A stretch of 64,000 nucleotides of DNA. It comes from a virus. This document shows, one piece after another, positions 37,801 through 46,713 of this stretch (within the stretch, counting starts at the first letter, position 1; each line of letters opens with the position of its first letter). The stretch lies in the IMG/VR virus record IMGVR_UViG_3300008111_000001. One strand, written 5' to 3'. The notes under the pieces are model-generated. The model made no database searches and was not told the origin of the DNA. It worked only from the letters and a program-made list of their open reading frames with translations. The position numbers and the translations under genes are program-made.

Positions 37801-40800
37801 GATTTAGGTACCCATTTTATACTATTAATGAAACTGTCATATTAGACACAACATCTTATACAGTTAGAGATGGCGGAGTTTTTAAAAACGCAGCAAGTCA
37901 TTTTAAGGATATTGGGAAATCTGGAAGAAAGTTTTTAGATAATGAGGGCGAAGTGCCCATGGACGCTGAAGAGTTTGAGGGTTTTGTAAATGAAGCAATG
38001 GCAGAAGACAGAAGGTCTTTTGGTGGGGCAACATTTATGGCAAATATGTTTACCCTACTTCAGTATGAAAGTAAGTTTATATTAAATAACGATTTAACAT
38101 TAGTACCATCTTCTGGGGTTCTAGAGCTGGACCGTCCATTGGGATTTTCAAGTTTTATAGACAATATAGTGGACGTAGATGGTTTATCTTTTATCGGCGG
38201 CGCAACTTCAAAGTATGTAAGAATGCCCTTGCCCTCAGTCTATGCCAATAGGCCTAGCATATCTCTTGATCAAACAGCTTTGTCGCAGTATTCAGTCACA
38301 TCTTCTGAGGCTAATCGGAATGCAGATGATTATTCGTTTGAGTATGAATTAACAAATCAAATATCATATGAAGAATGGGGTTCGCCTGGAGAATTACCCG
38401 CTTCCCAGCAAACAGCAGCTGAAGCAGAACAATTCTATATTGCTATGAGATGGCCATATAATCCAGGTAATGATGACATTAACGTTTCCGATGAAGCTAT
38501 AGAAAAATTCAAAGAAAAATATGGATTTAGCGATTTATATGGAACAGTTGAAGATTATAAAAAGAGAAAAGTTTTAGTTTATAGTCCTAGAACTGGTAGG
38601 GCCGTTGTTTGTGCTCCAGCATATTTCTTGTGGGGAGAGGAAGATGACGGCACTGCTGCAGTTGTTTCGCCTGACGCCGCATGGTATTTGGGCAATTTTG
38701 TATCTAGGAATTTAAATTTTAAATATATTGCTGATGGAGAAGAAACAAGCATATTGGATCAGCTGCCGTCATGGATTAATACTACAATAAGTGCAGCTAG
38801 TGCAGTTGGTAAGTTTAGCCTTGATGTAATTGCTTATGGTGCAAAGGTTTTGCAATTTACTAGTGCTCCACTTGCTATAGCTAATAAAATAGTCGATAGA
38901 TTAAATATATCTCTGTTTGGTGGTGAAGACGAATTAAACTATGAAGACGAAAGTGGTCTAAGCATAAACCCACTACCAGTAGAATGTCTTTTTGCTTTTG
39001 TTCCAGATGATGTTCCCGTAGGTGTCATATCTTCCGCTGCAGCTCCTGTTAAAAGATTTTATGAAAGAGGAGCTGCATCACTCGACGCTAGTATGATCCT
39101 TGGGTTTGGAAACTATACGATGACAGAAGATGGTCAACTTTCCAAGCTAACAGCAAGACGAGCTACTTCTCAAGACTTAAGAAATGAACTAGGGGGAGGT
39201 ATTAGTTCAAGATTTGTTATTTATGATGATGATATGGTTAATCCTCAAAACGTCTTCTCAGAATGGGTTCCTGTAAATGCGGAGATAGCTTCTAGTAGAT
39301 TTGATTTTGGCGGTAACGCTTTGGCAGTTCCAGATGGACGAGACAAACCATTTATAGGGTACTTCAACGCTCTATTGGATGCTACTAATTTCAATGATAC
39401 TTCAGAAATAGACGGTGCTCTGGGAGGTGCTGCTGCCGATCTAGTTGGGAATGAGCAATTATCTAGAGCATATCTATACAATGTTCTAGATGAAGAGTTG
39501 GCTTCAACTGGTGACGTAGATAGCGCTAAGGGCAGAGCTGCATTTTTAAGTGTGTACGATCCACTGGATTCAGTTGGAGTTGAGGCTAGGTCTTATTATG
39601 ATGAAAATTTTGACCCTAACGTATCAGTTATAGCTGGTGATGGTAGAAATTTGAATGAAGCTAATGACATATGGGATCAATTTAGATTTGGATATCACAC
39701 ATATGATAGCGTTAAAGCTGTATTTGCAAGAATTTACGGAATGGATCCAGATTCAATAGATCCATTCCCCGAAGAGTTTTCTAGAATGTTAGGATCGTCA
39801 ACAGAAAACTCATTTAGTAATTTTGAAGATTCAAATATCCCGATTGCTGGCCTGTCTAACACTGAAAACACGGCTGTAGATGAACTGGCCATTTTGTTGG
39901 GCGCGGACTACTTTAATATACCAAATAATCCACAATTAGGTGGTCAAGGAGTTCCAATAACAAACGCTGCTGAAAGAAGAAACGCAGTAGAGTTTATAAG
40001 AAAAAATTATATAGATTTAATAGCATCAGAAAATGAATCAGACGCAGGAATTATTCAGTACTTTAACTCTACTATTGCAGATTCTCTTAATGGTATTAGG
40101 GAAAACTTTTTTGAGTCCGGAGTTATTAATACAATATTAGAATACGCCTTAGAGAACACTGAAAACCCTGAAGAAGCAATCTCTTTAAACGAAAAAATTA
40201 AAACTCCAAAACAGCTATTCTTATTGATGGTCGGACTTTTTAGGCAGAAACTTTGGAGTACAGCATACGGTAGGGCGTGGCTTGTGTTGAAACCCAATCG
40301 TAAGAGAGGTCTGATAACCAGTGGCGGAGGTGGCTCTGAGGGGCAGTGGTCATTTAAGCCAATTGACAGAGTGTTTGAAGCATTTATTAATCCATATGGC
40401 GAGTATGCTAAGAATGACAACAAGTTTCTTGGACTACTAGTATCAACAAAAGCTGAGGGTACTGGTGCGACAACATTTATTTCTGGAACGCTAGAAGATA
40501 TTGGCAATTTCTATGATAGAAATATCGGACCAATAATGACGGCAATAGGCGATGGTCTTTCTGGTTTATTGGGAATGTTTAAGATGTCGATGATGCAGAT
40601 GGGTTATGCTATTTCTGAAGTTGGCAACTTTAGTAAGCAGGCTCATATATTGAACAAGGTTCTAAATGACTCTATCTACTATTCACTAGGAAGAGAAGGT
40701 ACGCTTCTTAGGGCCGTAGACAATCCGTTTACTCGTGAATATGGTGAGCCGGTTTTGGAAATTAGGCAGCCTTTCCAGAGAATACATTATCTAAGTTCAT

Positions 40801-42992
40801 TTTCTCATATTATCTCTAATCAAATTCAAGAGAACTTAAATGGTGTATCTACTGTTGTCACAGCTGTTTCCGATGGAAAGTATCCAATTACAGTAGCCTT
40901 AGATAAGGGTGCTCCAGCAGAGCGTCAAACAGAAAAAACTGTTGAAACAGGTTTGTACTACGATAATTTTGTTGGCTCAGGATTTCTTGGTATTCTGCAT
41001 CCATTAATGCACCCTATGGAAACTGTAAGAGGTATCGCAAAAAACATCCAAGGAACTCCTGATGAATTGTCGGCAAAAAGAATAGCTTTATCACACCTAA
41101 AGGAATCAATTAAAGATATATATGGTGGAGAGTTAATTATCATAGGTAACGCCGATATTCGTCCCCACGACTTGGTTTACTTGTCAGACATCTATGAAAA
41201 AATGTACGGTATTTTTGAAGTAGAACAAGTCGTCCATCACTTTACCCCAGAGATGGGTTATATTACTTCGATTACACCAAATGCGTTAGTAACAGTTAAT
41301 GATCCAGCAAGATGGTTCCTGACCTCATGGGTTAACTCTTGGTTCACTGTGCAAAATCTTAGAAATGATACACGTTTCTATATGGACAATATAATGGCAT
41401 CGAATACTGGGATTAATTTAGGCGGCAATATATCTGTAGATAGCTTGTCCGACGCCCTAGGACCCCAAATGATTGGTGGCCTACAGTACACTCATGGTTC
41501 TACCGCTTTAGTTAAAGATGTGATGGCAAATCAGACAGCTACAACTCTTCCCAAAAAAGCTGAAGCAGTCATTCAACAGTATGGTTCTTCTGCAAGCAGA
41601 ACAGTTTTCCAAGGAATGACAACAGCTTTAACTGGTGGCGTTGGTGTCGCGGCTGCAGCGGCTGGGGCTGGAGCTACCGGAGCAGCAGGGTTTGGTGTAG
41701 CTTTAGCTGTGCCAATAGTGGGTCAGTTGGCCTGGAAGGGTTGGAAATGGATTAGAGATAATGTTCTAGATCAGCACGGCTGTTATGTCCAATATCTAAA
41801 TAAAAATGGTCAACCAATGGATGCTGGACTGTCTTACAATCAAGGCATGGTAGTCGGCAAGCATCATTCTAAGGTATTGCTGCCAGGATTACTTGGAGCA
41901 AGAACTAAGGTTAGAACTCCAGAGGGAAATATTTTTGTTAGAAGCGATGATCTATTGAAGAGCTTGGGCTGGCAAGAGAAACAGATAACAGATTTAGTTA
42001 GATATATAGATTATGAAAATGCCCTAGTTCATGCAAGAGTTTTGCAGTTGAGTGGTCTAGGCCCAGATAGAACAGATCTTCAGCCATCACTATTTAGTGT
42101 TATTGCTAAAGTCACAAAGTTTAAAGACGGTGACACATTCGATGTAGAAGATGTTATTTCTGGAGCAACATTTACTGTAAGATTTGATGGCATAAACACT
42201 GGTGAAACAAACACGTTTACCGTTACATCAAACGATGGCGATCTAGGTGTCAGCTATAGTGATTCATCAACACCATCAACTAAAATGACTGCAATAAATA
42301 CTCCTGGAGGTAAAGCTAAAATATTTGTTCAGTCTAAATTAGAAAACAGATTAGTTGTTTTGAGAATAAGAATTAACAACGCTGCATCTAGCTCTGTTAT
42401 TTCTGAGTCCGATTTTGAAGCCGGCGCTGAACAGAATACTTTAGCAAACTACACTAAAGACGTTACCGATTCAAAGAGAACTCTTGGAACAGTATGGTAC
42501 TATCAGCCAGAATCAGTAGTTCAGGCAGCAAAAGATTTTGTAGAAACATGCTTTATAGGAAATCAAGCTGGTGCTGGCGCTGAGCAAAAAATTAAAGAAG
42601 CATTCTTCAATTCTATATACCAAGATTCTCCATTGTTTATAAAGAAAGATTCTATACTTAATGCAATATCCGTATTAGGGTTGGTGTATACTTCTCCATT
42701 ATCCATTTTGGTTGATACAGCAACTAGGTATGGATTGTCTGAGAGTCAAACAATTAAGCTATATAATGATTTAGTCCAATATAAAGTGTTGGAAGCTACC
42801 TATAATAAAACTAGAGAATGGCCTACTATATTCTGGGACGAGTACTATGAAAATGGATATCCCGTTACTTTGAATTGGGAGCTCGTTACAAATAATCTGG
42901 CTACGGTGTACGCTAAGCAGCTTCAGATTGAAGGCGATGCTGTAATTAGCGCCGAGGAATCAGCTTTAATACCAACAAGAGTTGGACAATAA
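31878..42992 (+). CDS. Giant baseplate hub protein (gp27/VgrG-like) with inserted RlpA-like barrel and C-terminal SNase-like nuclease domain
   Basis: Hub halves: LKPGVRVHLRVGYG...VFNGVITNV (about 36141-36280) and GNADIRPHDLVYL.D....G.FEVEQVVHHF....YITSITP (about 41130-41290). SNase motifs DGDTF, VRFDGINTGE, RTLG (about 42098-42502). Confidence 0.75.
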   Translation: MSNIEQSENEEEQNLNSSDPLSYDYSSKAFVNMIMIGPLGLTNSLDSITDNPAEAIKRFFSLTRPDVIPDIDTLKDGQAEDFKSDRDNYSNRIEATTRVFTSGGTLSSLVDDGALLINLYKRLESTGLLYLASFAYEISEFGKRRLQNVYMTQKSLDYHVDPAVDTEWLTLLSQVVYNLQADPISFSIINHYLPGLMTFVFDALAVTGDYSNAGKGGGSEDTLNREEDAVEELEKAFGVAPNGEPIFTMAFRINGGNTSARIRKAIEDFPYRANIPPKKPDIFHLRLGAANFYVPPISVTVNSAFKTGSLTGGAIRQRNTPKYNAGYKETSISLRLFFPNYEEIWGMHISDASSIDLKEGFKIDFKNSGDSEEKIDKFLSSLRGLIAAFKYSPILPIKNDYINSVHGISAVALSSMSISTVPNYPFSLMVDLELFAYNHKPFLPMIKDFNQAIHWGKYRQYMGKAAGAMHKYANESFLLKTSDNRNSEETQDNTGIIRDGSYIYQTSPYGASLTSESALVDSSLTDDTLELLNTYEDDVLYTNIISQWRDGSNLSFYTPAETQTKMFLPDTSSFRSEQEKILNQESYGLWNGLLAKFGIEISPNTPAIRDLGQMKSLSLEPTFPPSTRTLVREFVDIVTAGVSQTDYRDGIYKYKMQSFISSNLTKLTAEEKEWLLNYLTPDEMPFDADYFTQYSTEGSYILNDPVFNNENDNVSLNFVKRSIWNSVLNSGNVIDTLIVEETERRKILGTESTLPDEEKIRQQVTDAFLVSLYNRFFSDGYVQNLMNAKRLKEGDYHFQEWEVPMNRVDLDPKKAIVNGVSVSLGNNLAKLQVQMQEEPTYQYIGGKDSYINISMTVFGERELYKIRAIFDHINSLARLEHSTGVIGFLGIKNIISALCGIKYVIPLNFKVDTIPNYPHVYNVQLSFVDFDIFQQQREKLSSKQQRDFIDHFGSKRNPFLRIKQLWGAFNAYPDMPLEVRDKENEVVGNLDPDFYFRSFEMFDKDVINNFIYQPDITKDFKFDYSDDWAKVGDARAIEIRKNQVKNRITDFLRRYAYRDVANEPFAAAQRATNNKTLINEIIDYVNTSGISVHNFISLFKEVVQAETSEFETSQKQALLTDYIFIAAQSTEDSPVFDEVSGAGYSVGNINYSGAETLNLIKQVLTDSHLANETEVSFNPDEVDFHKVIYMIPATNPQETGSESEIPAMMQSALGTHFGYINKDNGRFYLTVDGSNVHIDDNGDKRLSENQIEDTQTPDKGCTNTLTGVEGVQSLDKYQKAYDGSFGGHIQKMMNDVQYRDISGRMIRAFPTYMLWLIDEGGFFAGVKLFDNFYGLQSIVDFSVVSSEDLLGDTLIFRVSNMYSKLTTRPSTEIFNSRDNQPNDAPIDFTQGIESILDRTLNIAKNIVSGMRNDYVVDINNIRLKPGVRVHLRVGYGANPNSLQTVFNGVITNVEQGEIVTVTAQSDAIELGAIVNSTNKKGDTGKIDGGVDTGMYLSEPRDLMVRLLSMGASRFREAFARATNGTVFSENRFGIRHFGSTLYEPLSDSERARADGIRNVVASVYSNLGQGDVGGAANAASFKLATNVFQRNPVNAFFGDGKIMTSMGQLMSNFCAEVDLEIFKRNIYPGNGTGFAQFLGGDIDDGWLTASSLVEEDDKKLKGQAYLERGVDRSWNRLIVEAQNESVSARTAIATMTSGNQLVSAEGRANATKNVLMGGLAGSIGLIPGVSFAAGAGLSGGGLFGLLRGRGGTNLFRTLGILAPNADDDLPGFDEVSFRAQTYMRTVWDLFQVCARLLPNYIVAIRPFEDRSTIFYGKPHWLYTSGVVPVTTGFPSTERGSELELPGYPRYRSPDEDIENIMNNINRSSNTLADYEAFKRSNELSDTMASLASDQLNAEGIYKPTAFLKEKLINFNSPLASSFSETQEDGSTRIVAKLPAVVGLTRVGFHLPVGDPATTIAPATESHAQLDNLPPRFRYPFYTINETVILDTTSYTVRDGGVFKNAASHFKDIGKSGRKFLDNEGEVPMDAEEFEGFVNEAMAEDRRSFGGATFMANMFTLLQYESKFILNNDLTLVPSSGVLELDRPLGFSSFIDNIVDVDGLSFIGGATSKYVRMPLPSVYANRPSISLDQTALSQYSVTSSEANRNADDYSFEYELTNQISYEEWGSPGELPASQQTAAEAEQFYIAMRWPYNPGNDDINVSDEAIEKFKEKYGFSDLYGTVEDYKKRKVLVYSPRTGRAVVCAPAYFLWGEEDDGTAAVVSPDAAWYLGNFVSRNLNFKYIADGEETSILDQLPSWINTTISAASAVGKFSLDVIAYGAKVLQFTSAPLAIANKIVDRLNISLFGGEDELNYEDESGLSINPLPVECLFAFVPDDVPVGVISSAAAPVKRFYERGAASLDASMILGFGNYTMTEDGQLSKLTARRATSQDLRNELGGGISSRFVIYDDDMVNPQNVFSEWVPVNAEIASSRFDFGGNALAVPDGRDKPFIGYFNALLDATNFNDTSEIDGALGGAAADLVGNEQLSRAYLYNVLDEELASTGDVDSAKGRAAFLSVYDPLDSVGVEARSYYDENFDPNVSVIAGDGRNLNEANDIWDQFRFGYHTYDSVKAVFARIYGMDPDSIDPFPEEFSRMLGSSTENSFSNFEDSNIPIAGLSNTENTAVDELAILLGADYFNIPNNPQLGGQGVPITNAAERRNAVEFIRKNYIDLIASENESDAGIIQYFNSTIADSLNGIRENFFESGVINTILEYALENTENPEEAISLNEKIKTPKQLFLLMVGLFRQKLWSTAYGRAWLVLKPNRKRGLITSGGGGSEGQWSFKPIDRVFEAFINPYGEYAKNDNKFLGLLVSTKAEGTGATTFISGTLEDIGNFYDRNIGPIMTAIGDGLSGLLGMFKMSMMQMGYAISEVGNFSKQAHILNKVLNDSIYYSLGREGTLLRAVDNPFTREYGEPVLEIRQPFQRIHYLSSFSHIISNQIQENLNGVSTVVTAVSDGKYPITVALDKGAPAERQTEKTVETGLYYDNFVGSGFLGILHPLMHPMETVRGIAKNIQGTPDELSAKRIALSHLKESIKDIYGGELIIIGNADIRPHDLVYLSDIYEKMYGIFEVEQVVHHFTPEMGYITSITPNALVTVNDPARWFLTSWVNSWFTVQNLRNDTRFYMDNIMASNTGINLGGNISVDSLSDALGPQMIGGLQYTHGSTALVKDVMANQTATTLPKKAEAVIQQYGSSASRTVFQGMTTALTGGVGVAAAAAGAGATGAAGFGVALAVPIVGQLAWKGWKWIRDNVLDQHGCYVQYLNKNGQPMDAGLSYNQGMVVGKHHSKVLLPGLLGARTKVRTPEGNIFVRSDDLLKSLGWQEKQITDLVRYIDYENALVHARVLQLSGLGPDRTDLQPSLFSVIAKVTKFKDGDTFDVEDVISGATFTVRFDGINTGETNTFTVTSNDGDLGVSYSDSSTPSTKMTAINTPGGKAKIFVQSKLENRLVVLRIRINNAASSSVISESDFEAGAEQNTLANYTKDVTDSKRTLGTVWYYQPESVVQAAKDFVETCFIGNQAGAGAEQKIKEAFFNSIYQDSPLFIKKDSILNAISVLGLVYTSPLSILVDTATRYGLSESQTIKLYNDLVQYKVLEATYNKTREWPTIFWDEYYENGYPVTLNWELVTNNLATVYAKQLQIEGDAVISAEESALIPTRVGQ

Positions 42993-43002
42993 GGGGTTTA
43001 TT

Positions 43003-45318
43003 GTGTCATTCAATATAAATACTCAATCACTTTCCGATAGCGCATCTTTTGCCAAAACCATACATGGAGATTTTTATCCAGGAGGAAAATCTCCTGTTCT
43101 AAATACTAGTGCCTCCTTATCTCCACCGGCTACAGGGAGAACATTAAGCTCTTTTGATGTTACGGGTGTTATGGCCGGAGATCTTTTGAACAGGAGTAAA
43201 AAATATCCCATAGCAGCGATGAATGCAAGTATATCTGGATCTTTAAATGGTTTAATTACTGGTGGAGCTGCAGCAGCATCAGCTACGACTCCAGAAAATG
43301 CGACAATTACAATTGCTAATCCTGAGGCAACAGATTTTAGTGTAGACGGCGAGGGAAACCCAACTGGGGCAAATAATGCCACATTAACCGGAGCTGCTGC
43401 TTGGAATAAGATTTTATCAAAAAGTATGGCCGGCAAAAATATTGGCAACACCTTTGTTGAAAACTCTTTGCAGATTATAAGAAATACAATGATTTCTTCT
43501 TCTGAAAATAAAGATCCTTCAGATAATAATAGAGGCTCTGGTGGCTCAAGTTCACCAGGCATAGGAGAGATGCAAAGCGCAGGACGCAGAGACGTTGCTT
43601 TGATAGCGGAAATGACAGAAGAGGAAAAAGGTTGGTATCAAGAAAGATTAACGCTATTAAGAACAAAATACCAATCGCAAATAAGTGACCATAGTTCAAT
43701 TGGTGGATTTAGATTTGATATTCCCAATGAATGGGCAGCTGATCCAAGAGAGGTATATAATGGATCTTCAACCTTCTTTCCTGATTCTAAGGTGGATAAT
43801 AGTCAAAGAGTTTTGAGCGACGAACTGATACTTCAAAACCCTACGCTAGGTATAGCGAACGCTTTTTTATCCGCAGCTCTGATAGAACTATTAATACTCT
43901 TGCATGAGAAAAACTACTATATAGCCGGTGGTTTTGGTGCAGGAAGAGATCCAAATCAAGAAAAGTACATTAAGCCAGATAAATTTACTCCTGGAGACCA
44001 TACTTTTGGTAGAGCCATAGACATACGGGAAGTTGGAAGGGTAAATGAAGAATCTTTTAATGTTGAAACAACCAATGGTACCCCAAATCACGTTCCCGTT
44101 TACGGTTCTGCTTTAGACATTTTAATAGAGGCATTGTCTGAAGTGCCCCAGTATTTGATACCAGACTCAGTTGTGGTCAGCGATAAACTTGATCTTGGTA
44201 TTGTAGACGGCTTAGAGCCGGTTACCGCTGCAATCAAATTGAATCGACCGTATTTACAGTATCTAAATTTTCATGCGGACTCCGGCCACAGGGATCATAT
44301 ACACTTAAGTTTTAGCGGAATGAGAGCGGGCAAATATGTTGGTCCAGGAGGAGCTATGACTGTTTCTGGAACAAATGTTTCTGGTGGCAGTGTTACTACG
44401 CGTCCGTCTAATTTGTCTGGCAGCGCAGACAGTCTTGAAAGGCAAATTGAAAGAAGATTATATAATCGGTCAACAGAAGGCTTATTAGATCAAAACTATT
44501 ATGGTCAATGGGACTTTAGCTTGGGTTTAGATGGCGTTTATGATGTTTTAACTCAGACTTGGTGTTCCCCTGAAGTAGCAGCTTGTCTGGCTGCAGTTGC
44601 AGTTAGGGAAAGTAATTGTAGGCCCACCGGTTTTTATATTGGAAATACAGATTTTATTTCTTTAGGATTTTTACAAATTAATATGGGCGCCGGCGGATTT
44701 GGATACTCTGGTGGCAACCCAGTATATAGACGAGGCGCAGGATTGGCTCACGGAACAAAAACGTATGAGTTAACTGATGCAAGTGGAAAAACACAAATAC
44801 AAGGATGGTTAATTGCTTCAGCTAATTGGGATTCGGTTTATCCAGGGGAAACAAGACCAACTCAAGATACTTATAATAAGATTATAAATGATAAATATCA
44901 TCTTTCTTTATTCTATAATGGTGGGGTTAAGGATAAGGTAATGGAAGAGATGAGACCATTGGTTGATAGAAGATTATGGATACCCAGAAATCAGGCATGG
45001 CTTGCCTATACCGCACGGACCAGTAGGCTACCAACGTTTGGAGAACCAAAGCTTGATGGATATCAGTTTCAGGTTTGGGGGGATGGATACAAGGCTTATG
45101 GTTGGATGAATGGTGGAGTTAAATTTCAGGATGCAGCAGACGTCTATACTGACAGAACAGGTAAAACAGTAGAGGATTTAAAGAAATGGATAAGAAATGT
45201 ATACTCCAATGATCCATCTGTATTCCTAGATGAGGTAGCAAACTATTCTGCTAAATATATAGAAAGATGGATGAGCGGAGAAGTATTCCCAAGAGAGTAT
45301 GCAAATGGAGATAGCTAG
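43003..45318 (+). CDS. Tail-associated peptidoglycan hydrolase: M15-type Zn peptidase plus lysozyme-like (SLT) domain
   Basis: GDHTFGRAIDI and GHRDHIHLSF (M15 zinc ligands); AVAVRESNC (catalytic Glu-Ser) and GFLQIN (SLT). GTG 43003 has an AAGGGG RBS; TTG 42982 is an alternative start. Confidence 0.75.
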   Translation: MSFNINTQSLSDSASFAKTIHGDFYPGGKSPVLNTSASLSPPATGRTLSSFDVTGVMAGDLLNRSKKYPIAAMNASISGSLNGLITGGAAAASATTPENATITIANPEATDFSVDGEGNPTGANNATLTGAAAWNKILSKSMAGKNIGNTFVENSLQIIRNTMISSSENKDPSDNNRGSGGSSSPGIGEMQSAGRRDVALIAEMTEEEKGWYQERLTLLRTKYQSQISDHSSIGGFRFDIPNEWAADPREVYNGSSTFFPDSKVDNSQRVLSDELILQNPTLGIANAFLSAALIELLILLHEKNYYIAGGFGAGRDPNQEKYIKPDKFTPGDHTFGRAIDIREVGRVNEESFNVETTNGTPNHVPVYGSALDILIEALSEVPQYLIPDSVVVSDKLDLGIVDGLEPVTAAIKLNRPYLQYLNFHADSGHRDHIHLSFSGMRAGKYVGPGGAMTVSGTNVSGGSVTTRPSNLSGSADSLERQIERRLYNRSTEGLLDQNYYGQWDFSLGLDGVYDVLTQTWCSPEVAACLAAVAVRESNCRPTGFYIGNTDFISLGFLQINMGAGGFGYSGGNPVYRRGAGLAHGTKTYELTDASGKTQIQGWLIASANWDSVYPGETRPTQDTYNKIINDKYHLSLFYNGGVKDKVMEEMRPLVDRRLWIPRNQAWLAYTARTSRLPTFGEPKLDGYQFQVWGDGYKAYGWMNGGVKFQDAADVYTDRTGKTVEDLKKWIRNVYSNDPSVFLDEVANYSAKYIERWMSGEVFPREYANGDS

Positions 45319-45326
45319 GAGAAAAA

Positions 45327-45698
45327 ATGCCAGTTAATTACCCTAAGTTTGATAAAAAGATACAAGATCAAATAGATGTTACAGAAATGCAAAAGGCAAG
45401 GACTAGGCCTGGCGTTATAGCGTCTTATGACAAACGTCAAAACACCGCAGTTGTAATACTTGAGGATCAATATTCTCAAAATATAGGTAATATTATAAAG
45501 AATGTAGTTTGTCCAGTCACAAATGGTGTGCAGGCTGTAGCTCCGACCCCAGGGAGTAGATGTTTAGTAGGATTTCGCGACAATAATGAGGCAAAGCCAT
45601 ATATTATAAACTTTTACAATGACGCTGGAAATACAGGAAATTACAGGTATTACAATACAGTTAATACCGGAGTGCCGAATTTTATGGTTTGCTCATGA
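45327..45698 (+). CDS. Baseplate spike OB-fold protein (gp5/gpV N-terminal-like)
   Basis: PGVIASYD....TAVV.L...NVVCP..NGVQ..AP.PGSRCLVGF pattern. Confidence 0.65.
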   Translation: MPVNYPKFDKKIQDQIDVTEMQKARTRPGVIASYDKRQNTAVVILEDQYSQNIGNIIKNVVCPVTNGVQAVAPTPGSRCLVGFRDNNEAKPYIINFYNDAGNTGNYRYYNTVNTGVPNFMVCS

Positions 45699-46339
45699 GT
45701 AAAGAGTCGATACAAAGAGATAATTATCAGCAACCAACCATACCCATAGGTGCTGAAATTAGGAAAAGAAAAGAGTTCTCAGAAAGAGAAGTAGGACTAA
45801 CGCATCCTGATTTGTCTAGTTTTATTAGGTTAAATGATCGTGGAGACATAGAGATATTTGCTGCTCCAGGAGTTGGCATTGTGATAAGCGCAAAGTCTAA
45901 GTCAATTTCTTTATTTGGCGATTCCGTAAGGCTGTTTACTAAAGAAGATGGATTAAGGTGGAATAGCTATAATTTTAATTACTGCGCCTCTTCCTATATA
46001 GAGCCAACTTTAGTTAAAATTAACCATAAAAACATTCACTCGGCAACCAACGGAGTCGCTTATTATTTAAATAATGCTGAACAGTATGCAGATCAAGAAA
46101 CGCAAACTCCTATTACTATAGTAGGTGAGTTTGGTTTTGCTAAAAAACAAGAGCAAATTCAACAATCGTATGAATCAGAATATGATTTAGCTGGATTGAC
46201 CGATGAACAAATAGGGTTACTTGAGATATATCAGACCGATCACTCTAAAGAGCATATATTATTGATGATTCAGTTAATGAAAGATGGAAATAGTTTTGAG
46301 CAAGCACATAATCTTGCGCTAAAGGAAACAAATGAGTGA
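45695..46339 (+). CDS. Baseplate spike beta-helix-like protein
   Basis: GLTHPDLSSFIRLNDRGDIEIF...GIVIS...SISLFGDSVRL short-strand repeats; ATGA overlap with the OB-fold gene. Confidence 0.55.
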   Translation: MSKESIQRDNYQQPTIPIGAEIRKRKEFSEREVGLTHPDLSSFIRLNDRGDIEIFAAPGVGIVISAKSKSISLFGDSVRLFTKEDGLRWNSYNFNYCASSYIEPTLVKINHKNIHSATNGVAYYLNNAEQYADQETQTPITIVGEFGFAKKQEQIQQSYESEYDLAGLTDEQIGLLEIYQTDHSKEHILLMIQLMKDGNSFEQAHNLALKETNE

Positions 46340-46712
46340 TTTGTATTTAACATTAAATGGGGACATTATGCTTGACGGCAATAAGGATATTGCACTAGCC
46401 CCATCCTCTATGCACGAAGATGTCCAGCAAATCTATTTGAGAATAATGACTGAGCCTGGAGATTTTTATATTTATCCTCAATTAGGGGTAGATTTATCCA
46501 GGCTTTACGGTCTACCTCAAACTAAAGAAACAGCTGAATTTGGTAAAGCTTTAATAATGGCCGGCATTCAAAAAGAAGGTCTTTTTAAGGGTAGGGGCAT
46601 TCAAATTAAAGCAGTACCAACAAGCAGAGATGTAATTAGATTTGATATTCATATTATTTCGGATATTAATGAGCCAATAATTCTTTCTGTTAGTCAAACC
46701 CTAGGAGCATAA
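46332..46712 (+). CDS. gp25-like / DUF2634-type baseplate (sheath initiator) protein
   Basis: DL.L...GD...D...D.AL...QQIYLRIMTEPGDF..YPQLG.DL pattern; precedes the J-like gene. Confidence 0.8.
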   Translation: MSDLYLTLNGDIMLDGNKDIALAPSSMHEDVQQIYLRIMTEPGDFYIYPQLGVDLSRLYGLPQTKETAEFGKALIMAGIQKEGLFKGRGIQIKAVPTSRDVIRFDIHIISDINEPIILSVSQTLGA

Positions 46713-46713
46713 A

